Shown piece after piece: positions 8,104 to 18,136 of a DNA stretch of 64,000 nt (position 1 is its first letter; every line of letters begins with the position of its first letter). Source of the DNA: Candidatus Bathyarchaeota archaeon (lineage in GTDB: Archaea > Thermoproteota > Bathyarchaeia > Bathyarchaeales > Bathycorpusculaceae). Location of the stretch: contig CAWHVC010000004.1 of NCBI GenBank assembly GCA_963832745.1, positions 167,754-231,753 of the forward strand, given 5' to 3'. The notes beneath the pieces are model-generated. The model made no database searches. It was not told the DNA's origin and was given only the letters and a program-made list of their open reading frames with translations. The position numbers and the translations under genes are program-made.

Positions 8104-8299
8104 ACCCAGCGTTGAGTGGTCCCTCTATGGGTGAAGCCTAAAAAAGCTTCGCTAATCCGCGAAGATTTAAATGTGTGAAACTTGACTTTACAATTCAAAG
8201 TGTATAGGCGGAAATAAATTTGCAAAGTTTATCTCAATCAAAACATTGGGTGAAGCTTTGCATGGTTTTACGCTAGAACAGTTTAAGGATTGATTAATC

Positions 8300-8968
8300 T
8301 TGACCGTTTATTTATCAAGCATAGTTGGAAGCCCCAGCATAGGCGTGTACTCGCTGGCAACAGAAAACATAGTAATGATTCCACGTATGGTGCCCAAACA
8401 GAAGGCACAAGAATTTGCAGATTGGCTAAAGGTAAAATTAGCTTACACAACGATTAGCGGCTCAGTTTTGACTGGTGCGCTCGCATGCGCAAACTCTAAC
8501 GGCATGTTGGTTGCAAGTTCTATCCGAGAAGAAGAATTAACAGAAATCCGCAGTGTTTTCGACGGCAACATAACTATTATGGAAACAAAAAAAACCGCTT
8601 ACGGCAACCTAATTCTGGTAAATGACAAAGGAGCCGTAGCTGACCCACGCCTTAAGGAGACTGAGGTTAAAAAAATTTCTGAAGCCCTTGGCGTGGAAGT
8701 GTTGCAGTCTGAAATCGCCGGGTTGCCTTATGTGGGTTCTTTAGCTTGCGTCACAAACAAGGGCATTCTAGCTCATCCCATGTTGAAAGATGAAGAACGC
8801 AAAATTCTCGAGCAAGCCCTCAAGGTGCCTGTTGACGTCGGCACAATTAACTGTGGTATTCCATATGTCGGGACAGGCTTAATTGGGAACAGTACTGCAG
8901 CTGTTGCTGGCTCAATGACTACAGGTCCAGAAATGTTCATAATTGAACATGCCTTGGATACCTTGTAA
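8300..8968 (+). CDS. eif6: Translation initiation factor 6 (aIF6/eIF6)
   Basis: SIVGSPSIGVYSLATENIVMIP..., GNLILVNDKGAVADP, GSLACVTNKGILAHP, GLIGNSTAAVAG: the repeated subdomain pattern of eIF6. Confidence 0.9.
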   Translation: MTVYLSSIVGSPSIGVYSLATENIVMIPRMVPKQKAQEFADWLKVKLAYTTISGSVLTGALACANSNGMLVASSIREEELTEIRSVFDGNITIMETKKTAYGNLILVNDKGAVADPRLKETEVKKISEALGVEVLQSEIAGLPYVGSLACVTNKGILAHPMLKDEERKILEQALKVPVDVGTINCGIPYVGTGLIGNSTAAVAGSMTTGPEMFIIEHALDTL

Positions 8969-8993
8969 AATACGCTAAGCCCTTGTTAAAGAA

Positions 8994-10865
8994 TCATTCT
9001 TTTTCTTTTGCAACTAAATTCTTTTTGAAGCCTAAAATAACCAGTATAGTTAAGCTTGTTATTGCCAAAACAGATAGTAACACAATGATGATTGTTTGAG
9101 GTTGTGACGTGTTATTTTCTAGCGACGTCGAGTCGGTTGGGGCAACTATTTGTGTTGGAATGCTTGTTGGTGTTGCCGTGGGTGTAGGTGTAATTTTTGG
9201 GGAGGCGGTCGGGGTTGAAGGTGGAGTTAGAGTTGGTTTAGGCGTTGCTGTGGGTTCAACGGTTGGAGTAGGTGACGGTATTGGCGTGGCTGTGGGAGTT
9301 GGACTTGTTGTAGGCGAAGGTGTTGGGGTTGGTGCAGGAAACGGCTCAGCTGTTTCTGTGTTTCCAAGATAACTTCTATTTGGCAATTCAGACACAAGCG
9401 TTTTCGAGTTAATGTTGTTCCAGTCGTCGGCGAAATTTACCTGCCAAACGCCTATATTATTTAAATTATACTCGAAAATGTTTGTTCCAAGCATTGACAG
9501 GAAAGTTCCCGGTTTGGAAACGCTTAACGTTAATGTATGGGTTTCAAGATTTAAGCTACTAACTCCGCCATCAATTATGTTATTGATGTCTTGATATCTG
9601 TAATCCTGTAAAGGCACCGCTAAAGCACCAGTCACTGGAACGGTGGATAGTTGCATTAACAAGACTGCTGCGTCTGCAGTAGCCTCAGTGCTGACTGAAG
9701 TGTCAGAAAGCATTTTGAACATTCCAGTTGTTTCATCATAAAGTTTGCTTTGCATGATTAAATTCCAAGCTGGGGCTGGACCGGTTGAACCGTCTAAGAG
9801 TGCTTGAATCTTGTTTTGCATATCACTTGTTAAGTTGCCGTAGAATCCGAGCATGGCTGCCCAGGAATTTATTGTGTTTTCAAGTCTTTGCTGTGAATTT
9901 TCTGTTGCATGCACAACAACGTAGTCTGCCCATTGAGGGCTGTTCCATCCGTTGCTTAATGCTCTGGTTTCCATGTCAACGAAAAGATTCTCTACATTAG
10001 GGATTGATGAGTCATATTGGTAAAATTTCCAAATAATCTGGTCGAATGCGCCTGCTTCGCATTCAAAAGTGTTCCACTTGTTGGCGTATTTGTAGAAGCT
10101 TCCGCTGGAACTATTAACCCAAAGATTGGCGTTTTCCCAATTCCACCAATGTTTAGCCTGCGTTAATCCATCCTCTATACCCAACAACCAAAAATTAAGA
10201 TACATATCTATTGTTTGTGCACATTCATCATAATATCTGGGTCCATATTTAATTCCCCAACCAACGCCGTTGGACCCAACACAAAGGACTGGTTTGCCGT
10301 AAGCAGTAACACTATCATTAAACACAGCGTACGCTTCTGAGATGTTCCATTTTGATGTCTGATAATTTAATTGTTCAGCCCATTGGTATGCGTTTAGGAC
10401 ATATCGATTGTATACCATGAAGGAAGCAGTCTCTCCGTTTAAGTAATCAAAGGGTAAACCGCCGATATTTGGTAACATTGTTACTGCGTCTAACGCTGCT
10501 TCTATTGTAGTACTATTGATGCTAACCCCTAACTTGTTTAACTGAATATACCAGTAAAACACTGATTCAGCAGCAGAAGTAGATGAGACATTTATAGAGT
10601 CAACCGCTTGTTGAAGTTGTGCCACCGTAGTTTTACCCAAAACAATGCCGTCATATATTGTTTGCAGACTACTATTCCAGCCGCCATTGGCTTCAATTTT
10701 GCTTTCTAAAACAGAAATTGCAGACGATGAACCTTCCGATTGAGTTGAATAGTTAGTTGTCTGTCCACTAGCAAAGCTTGTTGTTCCAACAAAACAGCTA
10801 AGAATCAAGACGGCTGTAAGTTTTACTGTCGTAATTTGCAGTAATTTGGAAACTTGAGTCTGCAT
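8994..10865 (-). CDS. Secreted surface protein with a Pro/Thr-rich stalk and C-terminal TM anchor, function unknown
   Basis: N-terminal signal ([19 protein letters not shown]), ~480-aa W/N-rich globular part with many N-x-S/T sequons, PT linker ([26 protein letters not shown]...), then [24 protein letters not shown] plus a basic tail. Confidence 0.7.
   Translation of the reverse strand: MQTQVSKLLQITTVKLTAVLILSCFVGTTSFASGQTTNYSTQSEGSSSAISVLESKIEANGGWNSSLQTIYDGIVLGKTTVAQLQQAVDSINVSSTSAAESVFYWYIQLNKLGVSINSTTIEAALDAVTMLPNIGGLPFDYLNGETASFMVYNRYVLNAYQWAEQLNYQTSKWNISEAYAVFNDSVTAYGKPVLCVGSNGVGWGIKYGPRYYDECAQTIDMYLNFWLLGIEDGLTQAKHWWNWENANLWVNSSSGSFYKYANKWNTFECEAGAFDQIIWKFYQYDSSIPNVENLFVDMETRALSNGWNSPQWADYVVVHATENSQQRLENTINSWAAMLGFYGNLTSDMQNKIQALLDGSTGPAPAWNLIMQSKLYDETTGMFKMLSDTSVSTEATADAAVLLMQLSTVPVTGALAVPLQDYRYQDINNIIDGGVSSLNLETHTLTLSVSKPGTFLSMLGTNIFEYNLNNIGVWQVNFADDWNNINSKTLVSELPNRSYLGNTETAEPFPAPTPTPSPTTSPTPTATPIPSPTPTVEPTATPKPTLTPPSTPTASPKITPTPTATPTSIPTQIVAPTDSTSLENNTSQPQTIIIVLLSVLAITSLTILVILGFKKNLVAKEKE
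9130..9345 (-). repeat. Low-complexity Pro/Thr-coding tract (stalk of the surface protein)
   Basis: Imperfect ggtgt/ggagt repeats on the + strand encode (P/T/S)n on the - strand. Confidence 0.8.
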
Positions 10866-11131
10866 TTTATGGAAGCAACGTTTAACCTTTATTTAAGTTT
10901 GCGTTTTTTTGTCTATAAAAGGCATTGTTTGTTATATTTGCAGATAAATAATCTATTGGATTAGACAGACAAGTGCTAACTTGATCAAAAATTCATGTGA
11001 GTGGCTTAAAGAACTTCAGATAGAGGTGTCTCTTATTTATTTTTGTTAGTTTGCTACAAATTAGAGTAACTTTTACTGTGAATATGTTTATAATTGGGAA
11101 TGCATTGGATGTTGTGCAGGAAGTAAAATAA

Positions 11132-11359
11132 ATGAAGGTTTTCAGAGTAACCGGCGAAATAAACAAGCCTAACTTGGCAACACCGTTCGCTAAAGAAATC
11201 TTAGCAGAAAAAAGCGAACATGCCGTAGAAAAAGTCTACGCAGAGATAGGCAGCAAACACCGCGTAAAAAGATATCACATAAAAATTTCAGGTTCAACCG
11301 AAGTTCCAGTAGACGAAATCGAAAATGATGTCCTTAAGAAAATAGTTCTTGGGGAGTAA
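11132..11359 (+). CDS. rplX: 50S ribosomal protein LX (L18Ae/eL20 family)
   Basis: MKVFRVTGEINKPNLATPFAKEILAEKSEHAVEKVYAEIGSKHRVKRYHIKI fits the archaeal LX pattern. Conserved position upstream of pfdA-ftsY. Confidence 0.85.
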   Translation: MKVFRVTGEINKPNLATPFAKEILAEKSEHAVEKVYAEIGSKHRVKRYHIKISGSTEVPVDEIENDVLKKIVLGE

Positions 11360-11364
11360 AGTTT

Positions 11365-11805
11365 TTGGCAGCTAGAAGCAGTCAAGAAGAAGAACTTCGT
11401 CGATTAAGCGTAGAAATGCGTTACTTGGAACAGACAGCTGAGACTCTGCAACAGCGAATCAGCATGATAAATGCTGCATTAACTGACTTAACATATGCCA
11501 ACTTAACCCTTGAAGGCATTGAGCAGGAAAGAGAAAACGCTGAAATGCTTGTGCCAATCGGTGGAAGCTCTTATGTGAAAGTAAAACTTGCAAACCCCGA
11601 CAACGTAATTGTTGGGTTAGGTGCAGGTGTTTCTGTAGAGAAAACTGTGGCTGACGCAAAAGCTACAATGAAAGAACGGTTGGATGAGCTTGAAAAAACA
11701 ATGAATTCTGCTCAAACACAATTCTCTCAGGTAGCTGAACGTATAAACTCTAGCCGCGGCAGAATGGAAAGTTTACTTGCCAACGTAAGAGAAGGGAAAG
11801 CTTGA
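11365..11805 (+). CDS. pfdA: Prefoldin alpha subunit
   Basis: Two coiled-coil arms flank the beta-hairpin core MLVPIGGSSYVKVKL...VIVGLGAGVSVEKT. Confidence 0.85.
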   Translation: MAARSSQEEELRRLSVEMRYLEQTAETLQQRISMINAALTDLTYANLTLEGIEQERENAEMLVPIGGSSYVKVKLANPDNVIVGLGAGVSVEKTVADAKATMKERLDELEKTMNSAQTQFSQVAERINSSRGRMESLLANVREGKA

Positions 11806-11809
11806 GCGT

Positions 11810-12715
11810 ATGTTTGATAAGCTCAAGTCCGGCTTTAAAGGTCTAGTTTCAAAAGTAACAACGACTGAGCTTAAAGCAGATAACCTTAACCCTATTTTAT
11901 CCGATTTTAAAATGAGTTTAGCCGAAAACGATGTAGCTTTTCCAGTTGCAGATAAAATCTGTGATGAACTAGAAAAGCGTCTTACAGGTGCTCCGATTAA
12001 ACGGTTGGACGACCGTAAAAAACTTGTCGAAGACAACCTGCGGCAGGTTTTACTGGATGTTTTGGAGACTGACAACCGTATTGACCTGCTGGAAATGATT
12101 GCAGAAAAACGTAAAAAATCTGAACCGTTCGTTTTGATGTTTGTCGGAATTAACGGTACAGGAAAAACAACTACAATCGCCAAAGTTGCCCAGTTCCTAC
12201 GTGAAAAAGGTTACTCGGTAGTTTTAGCAGGCGCAGACACTTACAGGGCAGGCTCCATTGAGCAACTTGAAGAGCACGGACGACGTTTAGGTATACGTGT
12301 AATTAAGCACACTTATGGGGCAGACCCAGCCGCGGTAGCTTTTGACACAATCAGCCACGCTAAAGCCCATGGAATAAACGTGGTACTAATCGACACAGCC
12401 GGAAGAATGCAGACTAACCAGAACCTTATGAATGAACTTATCAAAGTCAAACGTGTTGTGAAGCCAGACTTGGTGATTTTCACGGTTGACTCTTTAATTG
12501 GCAACGACGCGGTAATGCAGGCGGAAGAATTCAACAGGGCAATAGGAATTGACGCAACAATTCTGACAAAAGTTGATGCTGACGTTAAAGGTGGTTCATC
12601 TTTGAGCGTGACTTATGTTACCCAAAAACCAATATTGTTTATTGGGGTAGGTCAATCGTATAAGGATTTGGAGCTTTTTGACCCAGAAAAATTCGTCAAA
12701 ATGATACTCCGATAA
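11810..12715 (+). CDS. ftsY: Signal recognition particle receptor FtsY (short archaeal form)
   Basis: SRP-GTPase motifs GINGTGKTTTIAK, DTAGR, TKVDA, and the NG-domain layout. Confidence 0.9.
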   Translation: MFDKLKSGFKGLVSKVTTTELKADNLNPILSDFKMSLAENDVAFPVADKICDELEKRLTGAPIKRLDDRKKLVEDNLRQVLLDVLETDNRIDLLEMIAEKRKKSEPFVLMFVGINGTGKTTTIAKVAQFLREKGYSVVLAGADTYRAGSIEQLEEHGRRLGIRVIKHTYGADPAAVAFDTISHAKAHGINVVLIDTAGRMQTNQNLMNELIKVKRVVKPDLVIFTVDSLIGNDAVMQAEEFNRAIGIDATILTKVDADVKGGSSLSVTYVTQKPILFIGVGQSYKDLELFDPEKFVKMILR

Positions 12716-12837
12716 CCCTATTTTTTGTGTTTAGCCTTTTTGATTATATGGCAAGAAAATCTGCTGTTGCTGTCAACTTTATGGGTCAACTTGTTAGCTG
12801 AATTAACGGAACTGTCAGTTCAGGCTAAACATGTGTG

Positions 12838-13203
12838 TTATGGTTCTTCTATGTCGGCTAGTTCAAAACGGATTTTTGTTGGATAAATCCAGTAGGCGTT
12901 GATGAAGTCATCGATTTTTTGGTCAACATCTAAGACTTCAAAAAAGTTGGTAAACTCGCTGTCAACATCTTCAACGCTTGTAGAAGAATAAACTTTCAGG
13001 TCAACCAGGTACTCTTTTTCTGGTGATAAGCTTTCAAGGACATCTTTTTCTTTAACTTCAATGGTGAATGGTAGATTGGTTAAAACATCTAAAACCGCCA
13101 TTTTATGAACGTTAACGTTTTTAGCTTTAACAATTACTAATCTACGGTCTGTTACACGATAATTCCATTCAGCAGAATCCGAGCGACTCCAAGAAGCAGA
13201 CAT
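12838..13203 (-). CDS. Hypothetical protein (121 aa, acidic)
   Basis: Clean ORF with plausible composition. No family recognised. Confidence 0.45.
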   Translation of the reverse strand: MSASWSRSDSAEWNYRVTDRRLVIVKAKNVNVHKMAVLDVLTNLPFTIEVKEKDVLESLSPEKEYLVDLKVYSSTSVEDVDSEFTNFFEVLDVDQKIDDFINAYWIYPTKIRFELADIEEP

Positions 13204-13303
13204 ATTATTCCCTGCTGTTAACTATTCTTTTCAAAGGCATAAAAATGTGTGGTTGCCTAGCAACAGTCACATAGCCAGAAAAGCCCAACCCTGCTTATTT
13301 TAG

Positions 13304-13789
13304 ATGGTGACTTCTTTGAAGAGAGTATACGCTCTCTTTTTTGGATTGTTAACTGTCTTGTTTTTTGTGTTGATGTCAAAAATCGATTACATTGTACACG
13401 CTACCCTGTACGAGTATGGCCTCACTTTTTCTTATGACTGGGCAAACACTTACTGGCTAACATACAACTTGGTCTTCTTAGCCTTTGCATTAACCATGGC
13501 ATTCTGCTATTACGTCGGTTCCCAAAAAAGCTTTCAAAATAAAAAAGTTGCACTTGCAATTTTTGCTTCAATTAATGTGCTTGCAGTTTGTGGATTCCAG
13601 GATGTACTGTTTTTTGTTTTATGGTCTGGCAGCCTGCCGCCGGGAACGCTGGTTTGGTGGTGGTCAATGTGGGCGCCTGTTTTTGGAACCTGGAACAGTC
13701 AACTTCAAGTTGCCCTAACAGGTTTAGGTTTCGCATGCGTTACCGCAACATGGATACTAACTTTGTACAAGAAAAAACCGGTTTTATAG
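13304..13789 (+). CDS. Hypothetical integral membrane protein (about 4 TM)
   Basis: Four hydrophobic segments, W-rich loop LPPGTLVWWWSMWAP. No family recognised. Confidence 0.55.
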   Translation: MVTSLKRVYALFFGLLTVLFFVLMSKIDYIVHATLYEYGLTFSYDWANTYWLTYNLVFLAFALTMAFCYYVGSQKSFQNKKVALAIFASINVLAVCGFQDVLFFVLWSGSLPPGTLVWWWSMWAPVFGTWNSQLQVALTGLGFACVTATWILTLYKKKPVL

Positions 13790-13819
13790 ATTAAAAAAGA
13801 GAAAGCCCAAAAAAATGGG

Positions 13820-15259
13820 TTATCTTATTTGGCGGTCTAGTAGGTTTCCGTTTGCGTCAAACAGTTTAACATCAAGTGCCATTTGGCCAACTGCGTGTGT
13901 TGCACAGCTTAAGCATGGGTCAAACGCGCGTATGACTGCTTCTACACGGTTAAGCATGCCTTCTTGCAAGTGTTGTGCTTTAACATATTTTTTGGCTACT
14001 TGAGTGACCGCCATGTTATAGGCAATGTTGTTGTGTTCTGTCGCGATGACCATGTTGTTCCATGTAATTCTGCCTTGTGGGTCAACTTTGTAGTGGTGAA
14101 TCAATGTGCCTCTTGGTGCTTCGGCGACGCCTACGCCTTCGTAATTGTTAACCATTGCTCTTGATGTGACATGTTCAGAGAGAATTTCTGGGTCTTCCAG
14201 CAGTTTCTTGGCTGTTTCAATGCAGAACAATGTTTCAATTAGTCTAGCGTAATGATATTGGAACGTGCTTTGGACTACACCGTTTTTGCCTAGCTTCTTG
14301 AAGTTTTTGAGTTCTTCATCGGCTAATGGTGTTCCGCAATGTGTTGCAACGTTTAGCCGTGCTAATGGTCCAACACGGTATGCCCCGTCTGGGTAGCCGA
14401 TTGCTTTGAAGTAGGGGAATTTCATGAATGTCCATGGCTCTACTGCTTCGCCGATAAACTCTTGGTACCTTAGGGGGTCAACGCATTCAGCTGCTATGAC
14501 GCCGTCTTTATCCATTATACGCAGTTTGCCGTCATAATGCTCCAAGCCGCCGTCAGGTGTAACCAGTCCCATGTAGTAACTGGGAAAATTGCCAAAGTTC
14601 TCAACTTCCTCGTCGAAACCATCAAGCATCTGCTTATACCTTGCTAACGTGTTCTGGGTAATTTCTAACGCTTCTGGCAACTTGTTTTGTAGGTAATCGG
14701 CGCGTTCTTTTGTTAATGGCCATTTTGCGCCTCCAGGCTGGATCCAGTCGCTTGAATGGATACGTTTACCTGCAACTTTCTCGATGAGTTCTTGTCCGAA
14801 ACGCCGTAGTTTTATGCCTTGCATTGCTATGTCTGGCTGTTTTTCTATTAAGCCGAAGATGTTTCTTTTTGCTGGGTCTGAGTCGAAGCCGAGCAGTAAG
14901 TCTGGTGAGGATAAATGGAAGAAGTTTAGTGCGTGTGACTGGATAAGTTGTCCCATGTGCATTAATCGTCGAAGCATGATTGTGGTTTTTGGTGGTGTTA
15001 AGCCAACTATGGCGTCGCAGGCTTTGGCGGATGCGAGCAGGTGGCTTACGGGACATATTCCGCAGGAACGACTGGTTATTGCTGGCATTTCATAGTATGG
15101 TCTGCCTTCAGTGAATTTTTCAAAGCCTCGAAAGTCTACGACTTTGAATTGTGCTTCTTTTACTGTGTCATCTGGGTTTAACAATATGTTTACTTGAGCG
15201 TGCCCTTCGATACGTGTGACTGGGCTGATTACAATTTTCTTTTCTGGTGTTTTATCCAT
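13820..15259 (-). CDS. hoxH: [NiFe] hydrogenase large subunit, HoxH-like (group 3)
   Basis: N-terminal RIEGH and CGICPVSH; C-terminal DPCLSCATH followed by a 24-aa tail typical of a protease-cleaved extension. Confidence 0.9.
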   Translation of the reverse strand: MDKTPEKKIVISPVTRIEGHAQVNILLNPDDTVKEAQFKVVDFRGFEKFTEGRPYYEMPAITSRSCGICPVSHLLASAKACDAIVGLTPPKTTIMLRRLMHMGQLIQSHALNFFHLSSPDLLLGFDSDPAKRNIFGLIEKQPDIAMQGIKLRRFGQELIEKVAGKRIHSSDWIQPGGAKWPLTKERADYLQNKLPEALEITQNTLARYKQMLDGFDEEVENFGNFPSYYMGLVTPDGGLEHYDGKLRIMDKDGVIAAECVDPLRYQEFIGEAVEPWTFMKFPYFKAIGYPDGAYRVGPLARLNVATHCGTPLADEELKNFKKLGKNGVVQSTFQYHYARLIETLFCIETAKKLLEDPEILSEHVTSRAMVNNYEGVGVAEAPRGTLIHHYKVDPQGRITWNNMVIATEHNNIAYNMAVTQVAKKYVKAQHLQEGMLNRVEAVIRAFDPCLSCATHAVGQMALDVKLFDANGNLLDRQIR

Positions 15260-15794
15260 ATCTTGCTCTGCCCTCCATGCTGGGTGCCCTGCCTGACAGC
15301 AGTTCTGTTAAGACGTAATGTATCAGGTCTGCTGATGGTGGGCATCCTGGAATGTAGAAATCAACTTTAACAATTTCGTGTAGCGGTCTGGCTTTGATAA
15401 GCAGTTTAGGTACCATGTTTGGAACTGCAGCGTTTAAATCTTCAGGAGCTTTGTAAGCGCGTTCCAAAACTTCAGTGTCACTGTTATCCCAAGAATTTCT
15501 AAGTGCTGTAACGTTGCCAGTGACTGCGCAGTCCCCAAGCGAAATCAAAACACGGGTTCTTGACCGCACCTTTTTTAGCATTTCAAGCTGTTCCTCATTT
15601 GCTATTGCACCTTCAATGAGTGTCACGTCAACGTTTTCAGGGAACTCTTTAACGTCCGCTATTGGACTGTAGACAAGATGAATACTTTTTGCTAAATCAA
15701 TTAGTCTCTCATCTTGGTCAAGGAAGGACATGTGGCATCCTGAGCAACCGCTAAGCCAAACTGTTGCAACTCTCGCTTTTCTTTTTGTGGTCAT
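15252..15794 (-). CDS. hoxY: [NiFe] hydrogenase small subunit, HoxY-like (NuoB fold)
   Basis: VWLSGCSGCHMSFLD, GDCAVTGNV, IPGCPP cluster-binding motifs. 8-nt overlap with hoxH. Confidence 0.9.
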   Translation of the reverse strand: MTTKRKARVATVWLSGCSGCHMSFLDQDERLIDLAKSIHLVYSPIADVKEFPENVDVTLIEGAIANEEQLEMLKKVRSRTRVLISLGDCAVTGNVTALRNSWDNSDTEVLERAYKAPEDLNAAVPNMVPKLLIKARPLHEIVKVDFYIPGCPPSADLIHYVLTELLSGRAPSMEGRARYG

Positions 15795-16501
15795 TTACGG
15801 TTTCTCCTTTCAGTGATGAATTCGGCAACGTCACGGTTTTTGGTTTGAGTGATTGGTTCGCCTTCAATATAGATGGCTCCGACTGGGCAGACTTTGGCGC
15901 ATTTGCGGCAACTTGTACAGCTGCAAGAGTTGCCCCATGACTCGTTCAAATCCATAATTACTTCTGTGTCTTTGCCGCGAAGCTTTAAGTCAAGCGTGTG
16001 GACTCCTTCAATTTGGTCGCAAACGCGGATGCAACGTGTACAAAGTATGCAACGGTTTCTGTCAATAACCAAAAAGTCATGTGATGAATCAATGACGTCA
16101 CGGGTAAAGTTGCGTTCAAACATTACATGGTCAACACCCAACTGATTGGCAAGAGCTTGTAGTTCACAGTGGTCGTTGGCAACGCAGACAGAACAGATAT
16201 GTACCCTTTCAGCCATGAGCATTTGAATTGCCATTCTACGGTAATCTTTTAGGCGTTCAGAGTTGGTGGTGATTTCCATGCCGGGGCTAACTGGAGTGGT
16301 GCAGGCAGGAAACAGTTTTGGTGTACCTGTAACTTCTACTAGGCACAGCCGGCAACCGCCATACGGAGTTAACCCTTCTAGGTTGCAGAGTGTGGGAATT
16401 AGGATTCCGTTGTCTTTGGCTGCTTTTAGGATGGTTGTGCCTTCAGGAACGGAAACTTGAACGCCGTCAATTTTTAGGGATACCCTGGGATTTATGCTCA
16501 T
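15791..16501 (-). CDS. hoxU: Diaphorase Fe-S subunit HoxU-like (NuoG N-terminal type: 2Fe-2S plus 4Fe-4S)
   Basis: KIDGVQVSVPEGTTILKAAKDNGILIPTLC...GGCRLCLVEV, then HICSVC...C and two CxxCxxCxxxCP motifs. Confidence 0.85.
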   Translation of the reverse strand: MSINPRVSLKIDGVQVSVPEGTTILKAAKDNGILIPTLCNLEGLTPYGGCRLCLVEVTGTPKLFPACTTPVSPGMEITTNSERLKDYRRMAIQMLMAERVHICSVCVANDHCELQALANQLGVDHVMFERNFTRDVIDSSHDFLVIDRNRCILCTRCIRVCDQIEGVHTLDLKLRGKDTEVIMDLNESWGNSCSCTSCRKCAKVCPVGAIYIEGEPITQTKNRDVAEFITERRNRK

Positions 16502-16503
16502 TT

Positions 16504-18033
16504 TTACTCCTCCGCTTTTTTGTCTTTAAAGCAGACGCCTGCCCTGCATTTTTTATCCACGATATGTTCGATGTATTCTTCTTTGAAGTACCTTAGCGTG
16601 GTTAGAATTGGGTTGGGTGCTGTTTGTCCTAGACCGCACAGGCTGGCGTTACTGATATAATCGCTTGATTTTTCTAAAATGTCAATGTCACTTAATTCGC
16701 CGTTCCCTTGTGTGATTTTATCGAAAATTTCTTTAACACGTGCAAGTCCTGCCCTGCAGGGAGTGCATTTGCCGCAGGATTCGTCAATGCAGAAATCGGT
16801 GAAGAAGCGGGCTGTATCTACCATGCATGAATCCTCGTTAAGTACTACGATGCCGCCTGAACCCATAATTGCGCCTACTTTCTTTAATGAGTCGTAATCG
16901 ATGGGTGCCTCTAGTAGTGTTTCTGGTAAGCAGCCGCCTGATGGGCCTCCGACGAGTACGGATTTGAATTTTTTGCCGTTTGGCATGCCGCCGCCTATGT
17001 CGTAGACTATTTCACGTAGGGTTATGCCCATGGGGACTTCAATTAAGCCTGGGTTGTTGATTTCGCCTGTTAAAGAGAAGCATTTTGTGCCCGTGCAGTT
17101 GGGTAAACCAAAACTTTTGAACCATGCCCAACCGTTCAAAATGATAAGTGGCGTGTTAGCTAATGTTTCAACGTTTTGAATCAATGTAGGCTGTTTCCAT
17201 AAACCCTGGTTTGCTGGGTATGGTGGTCGAGGACGCGGTTGAGCTCTGCGGCCTTCAACTGACGCAAGAATCGCTGTTTCTTCTCCAGCAACAAAAGCGC
17301 CTGCGCCGAAGCGTAATTCAAGGTCAAACTTGAACTGTGTTTCAAGAATGTTATCCCCTAAAAGGTTCATGGCTTTAGCTTGGGCGATGGCTTTCTGCAG
17401 CGTTTGAATAGCTAACGGGTATTCTGAACGGATGTAAATGTAACCTTTTTGTGCGCCAATCGCGTAGCCGGCAATCAGCATGCCCTCGATAATTGCGTGT
17501 GGGTCAGCTTCTGCAAGTGTTCGGTTTGCGAAAACACCTGGGTCACCTTCGTCAAGGTTTGCTACAATGTATTTTGGTGTATCGTGTGCCCGTGCGACTA
17601 GGTTCCATTTTTGTCCTGTTGGGAAACCTGCGCCACCTCTTCCGCGTAGTCCGCTGCTGGTGACTTCGTAAATTACTCCTTGTGGCGTCATAGTTGCAAG
17701 GCATTTTGCAAGTGCCGCGTAGCCGCCTGCCGAAATGTAGTCTTGTATTCTGGTTGGGTCAATTTTGCCTGCGTTTCTAAGCACTAGACGTTGCTGTTTT
17801 TGGAAGTAGCCGTCATTATTGTATAGCATGCTTTTGACGGGTAATCCTAACACGATGTGGTCGCGTACGATTTCGCGGACGTTTTCAGGTTTGACACTTT
17901 GATACAGGTGGTCGCCTGGTTCGATAAGTACCGCTGGGCCAACAGAGCATGTGCCAATGCATCCTGTTCTGGCGACTTTGCATATGTTTTCCACGCCGAA
18001 CTCTTTTACCGCATCTTCAAAGGCTTTAAGCAC
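16504..18033 (-). CDS. hoxF: NAD(H)-binding diaphorase subunit HoxF-like (NuoF family). The true 5' end probably lies upstream of the tracked GTG.
   Basis: GLRGRGGAGFPTGQKW (FMN/NADH site), ESCGKCTPCR (4Fe-4S), N-terminal thioredoxin-like 2Fe-2S module. The frame stays open to 18153 and encodes two needed Cys (see finding). Confidence 0.85.
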   Translation of the reverse strand: MLKAFEDAVKEFGVENICKVARTGCIGTCSVGPAVLIEPGDHLYQSVKPENVREIVRDHIVLGLPVKSMLYNNDGYFQKQQRLVLRNAGKIDPTRIQDYISAGGYAALAKCLATMTPQGVIYEVTSSGLRGRGGAGFPTGQKWNLVARAHDTPKYIVANLDEGDPGVFANRTLAEADPHAIIEGMLIAGYAIGAQKGYIYIRSEYPLAIQTLQKAIAQAKAMNLLGDNILETQFKFDLELRFGAGAFVAGEETAILASVEGRRAQPRPRPPYPANQGLWKQPTLIQNVETLANTPLIILNGWAWFKSFGLPNCTGTKCFSLTGEINNPGLIEVPMGITLREIVYDIGGGMPNGKKFKSVLVGGPSGGCLPETLLEAPIDYDSLKKVGAIMGSGGIVVLNEDSCMVDTARFFTDFCIDESCGKCTPCRAGLARVKEIFDKITQGNGELSDIDILEKSSDYISNASLCGLGQTAPNPILTTLRYFKEEYIEHIVDKKCRAGVCFKDKKAEE

Positions 18034-18136
18034 TTTAAGTGCGCCAAAGGGTACACAGCCGCTTGAGCAGCAAACGTTAATGCGGTACTTGTAGGCTCTT
18101 TGGAATTCTGTTTCTTGTTCTGCAATTTTTTGTATG

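Noticed and set aside
9109-9372. 87-aa Gly/Val-rich ORF on the plus strand ([19 protein letters not shown]...).
   Set aside because: It is the antisense shadow of the Pro/Thr-rich stalk of the minus-strand surface protein. The low-complexity codons read open on both strands, and there is no independent support.
14766-15095. Overlapping 96-aa (-) and 103-aa (+) ORFs within hoxH. Similar internal ORFs occur in hoxF, iorA, the ACD gene, metG, ccoN and ccoOP.
   Set aside because: These are off-frame or antisense ORFs nested in strongly supported conserved genes. Their composition is basic and low-complexity, and no motifs are present.
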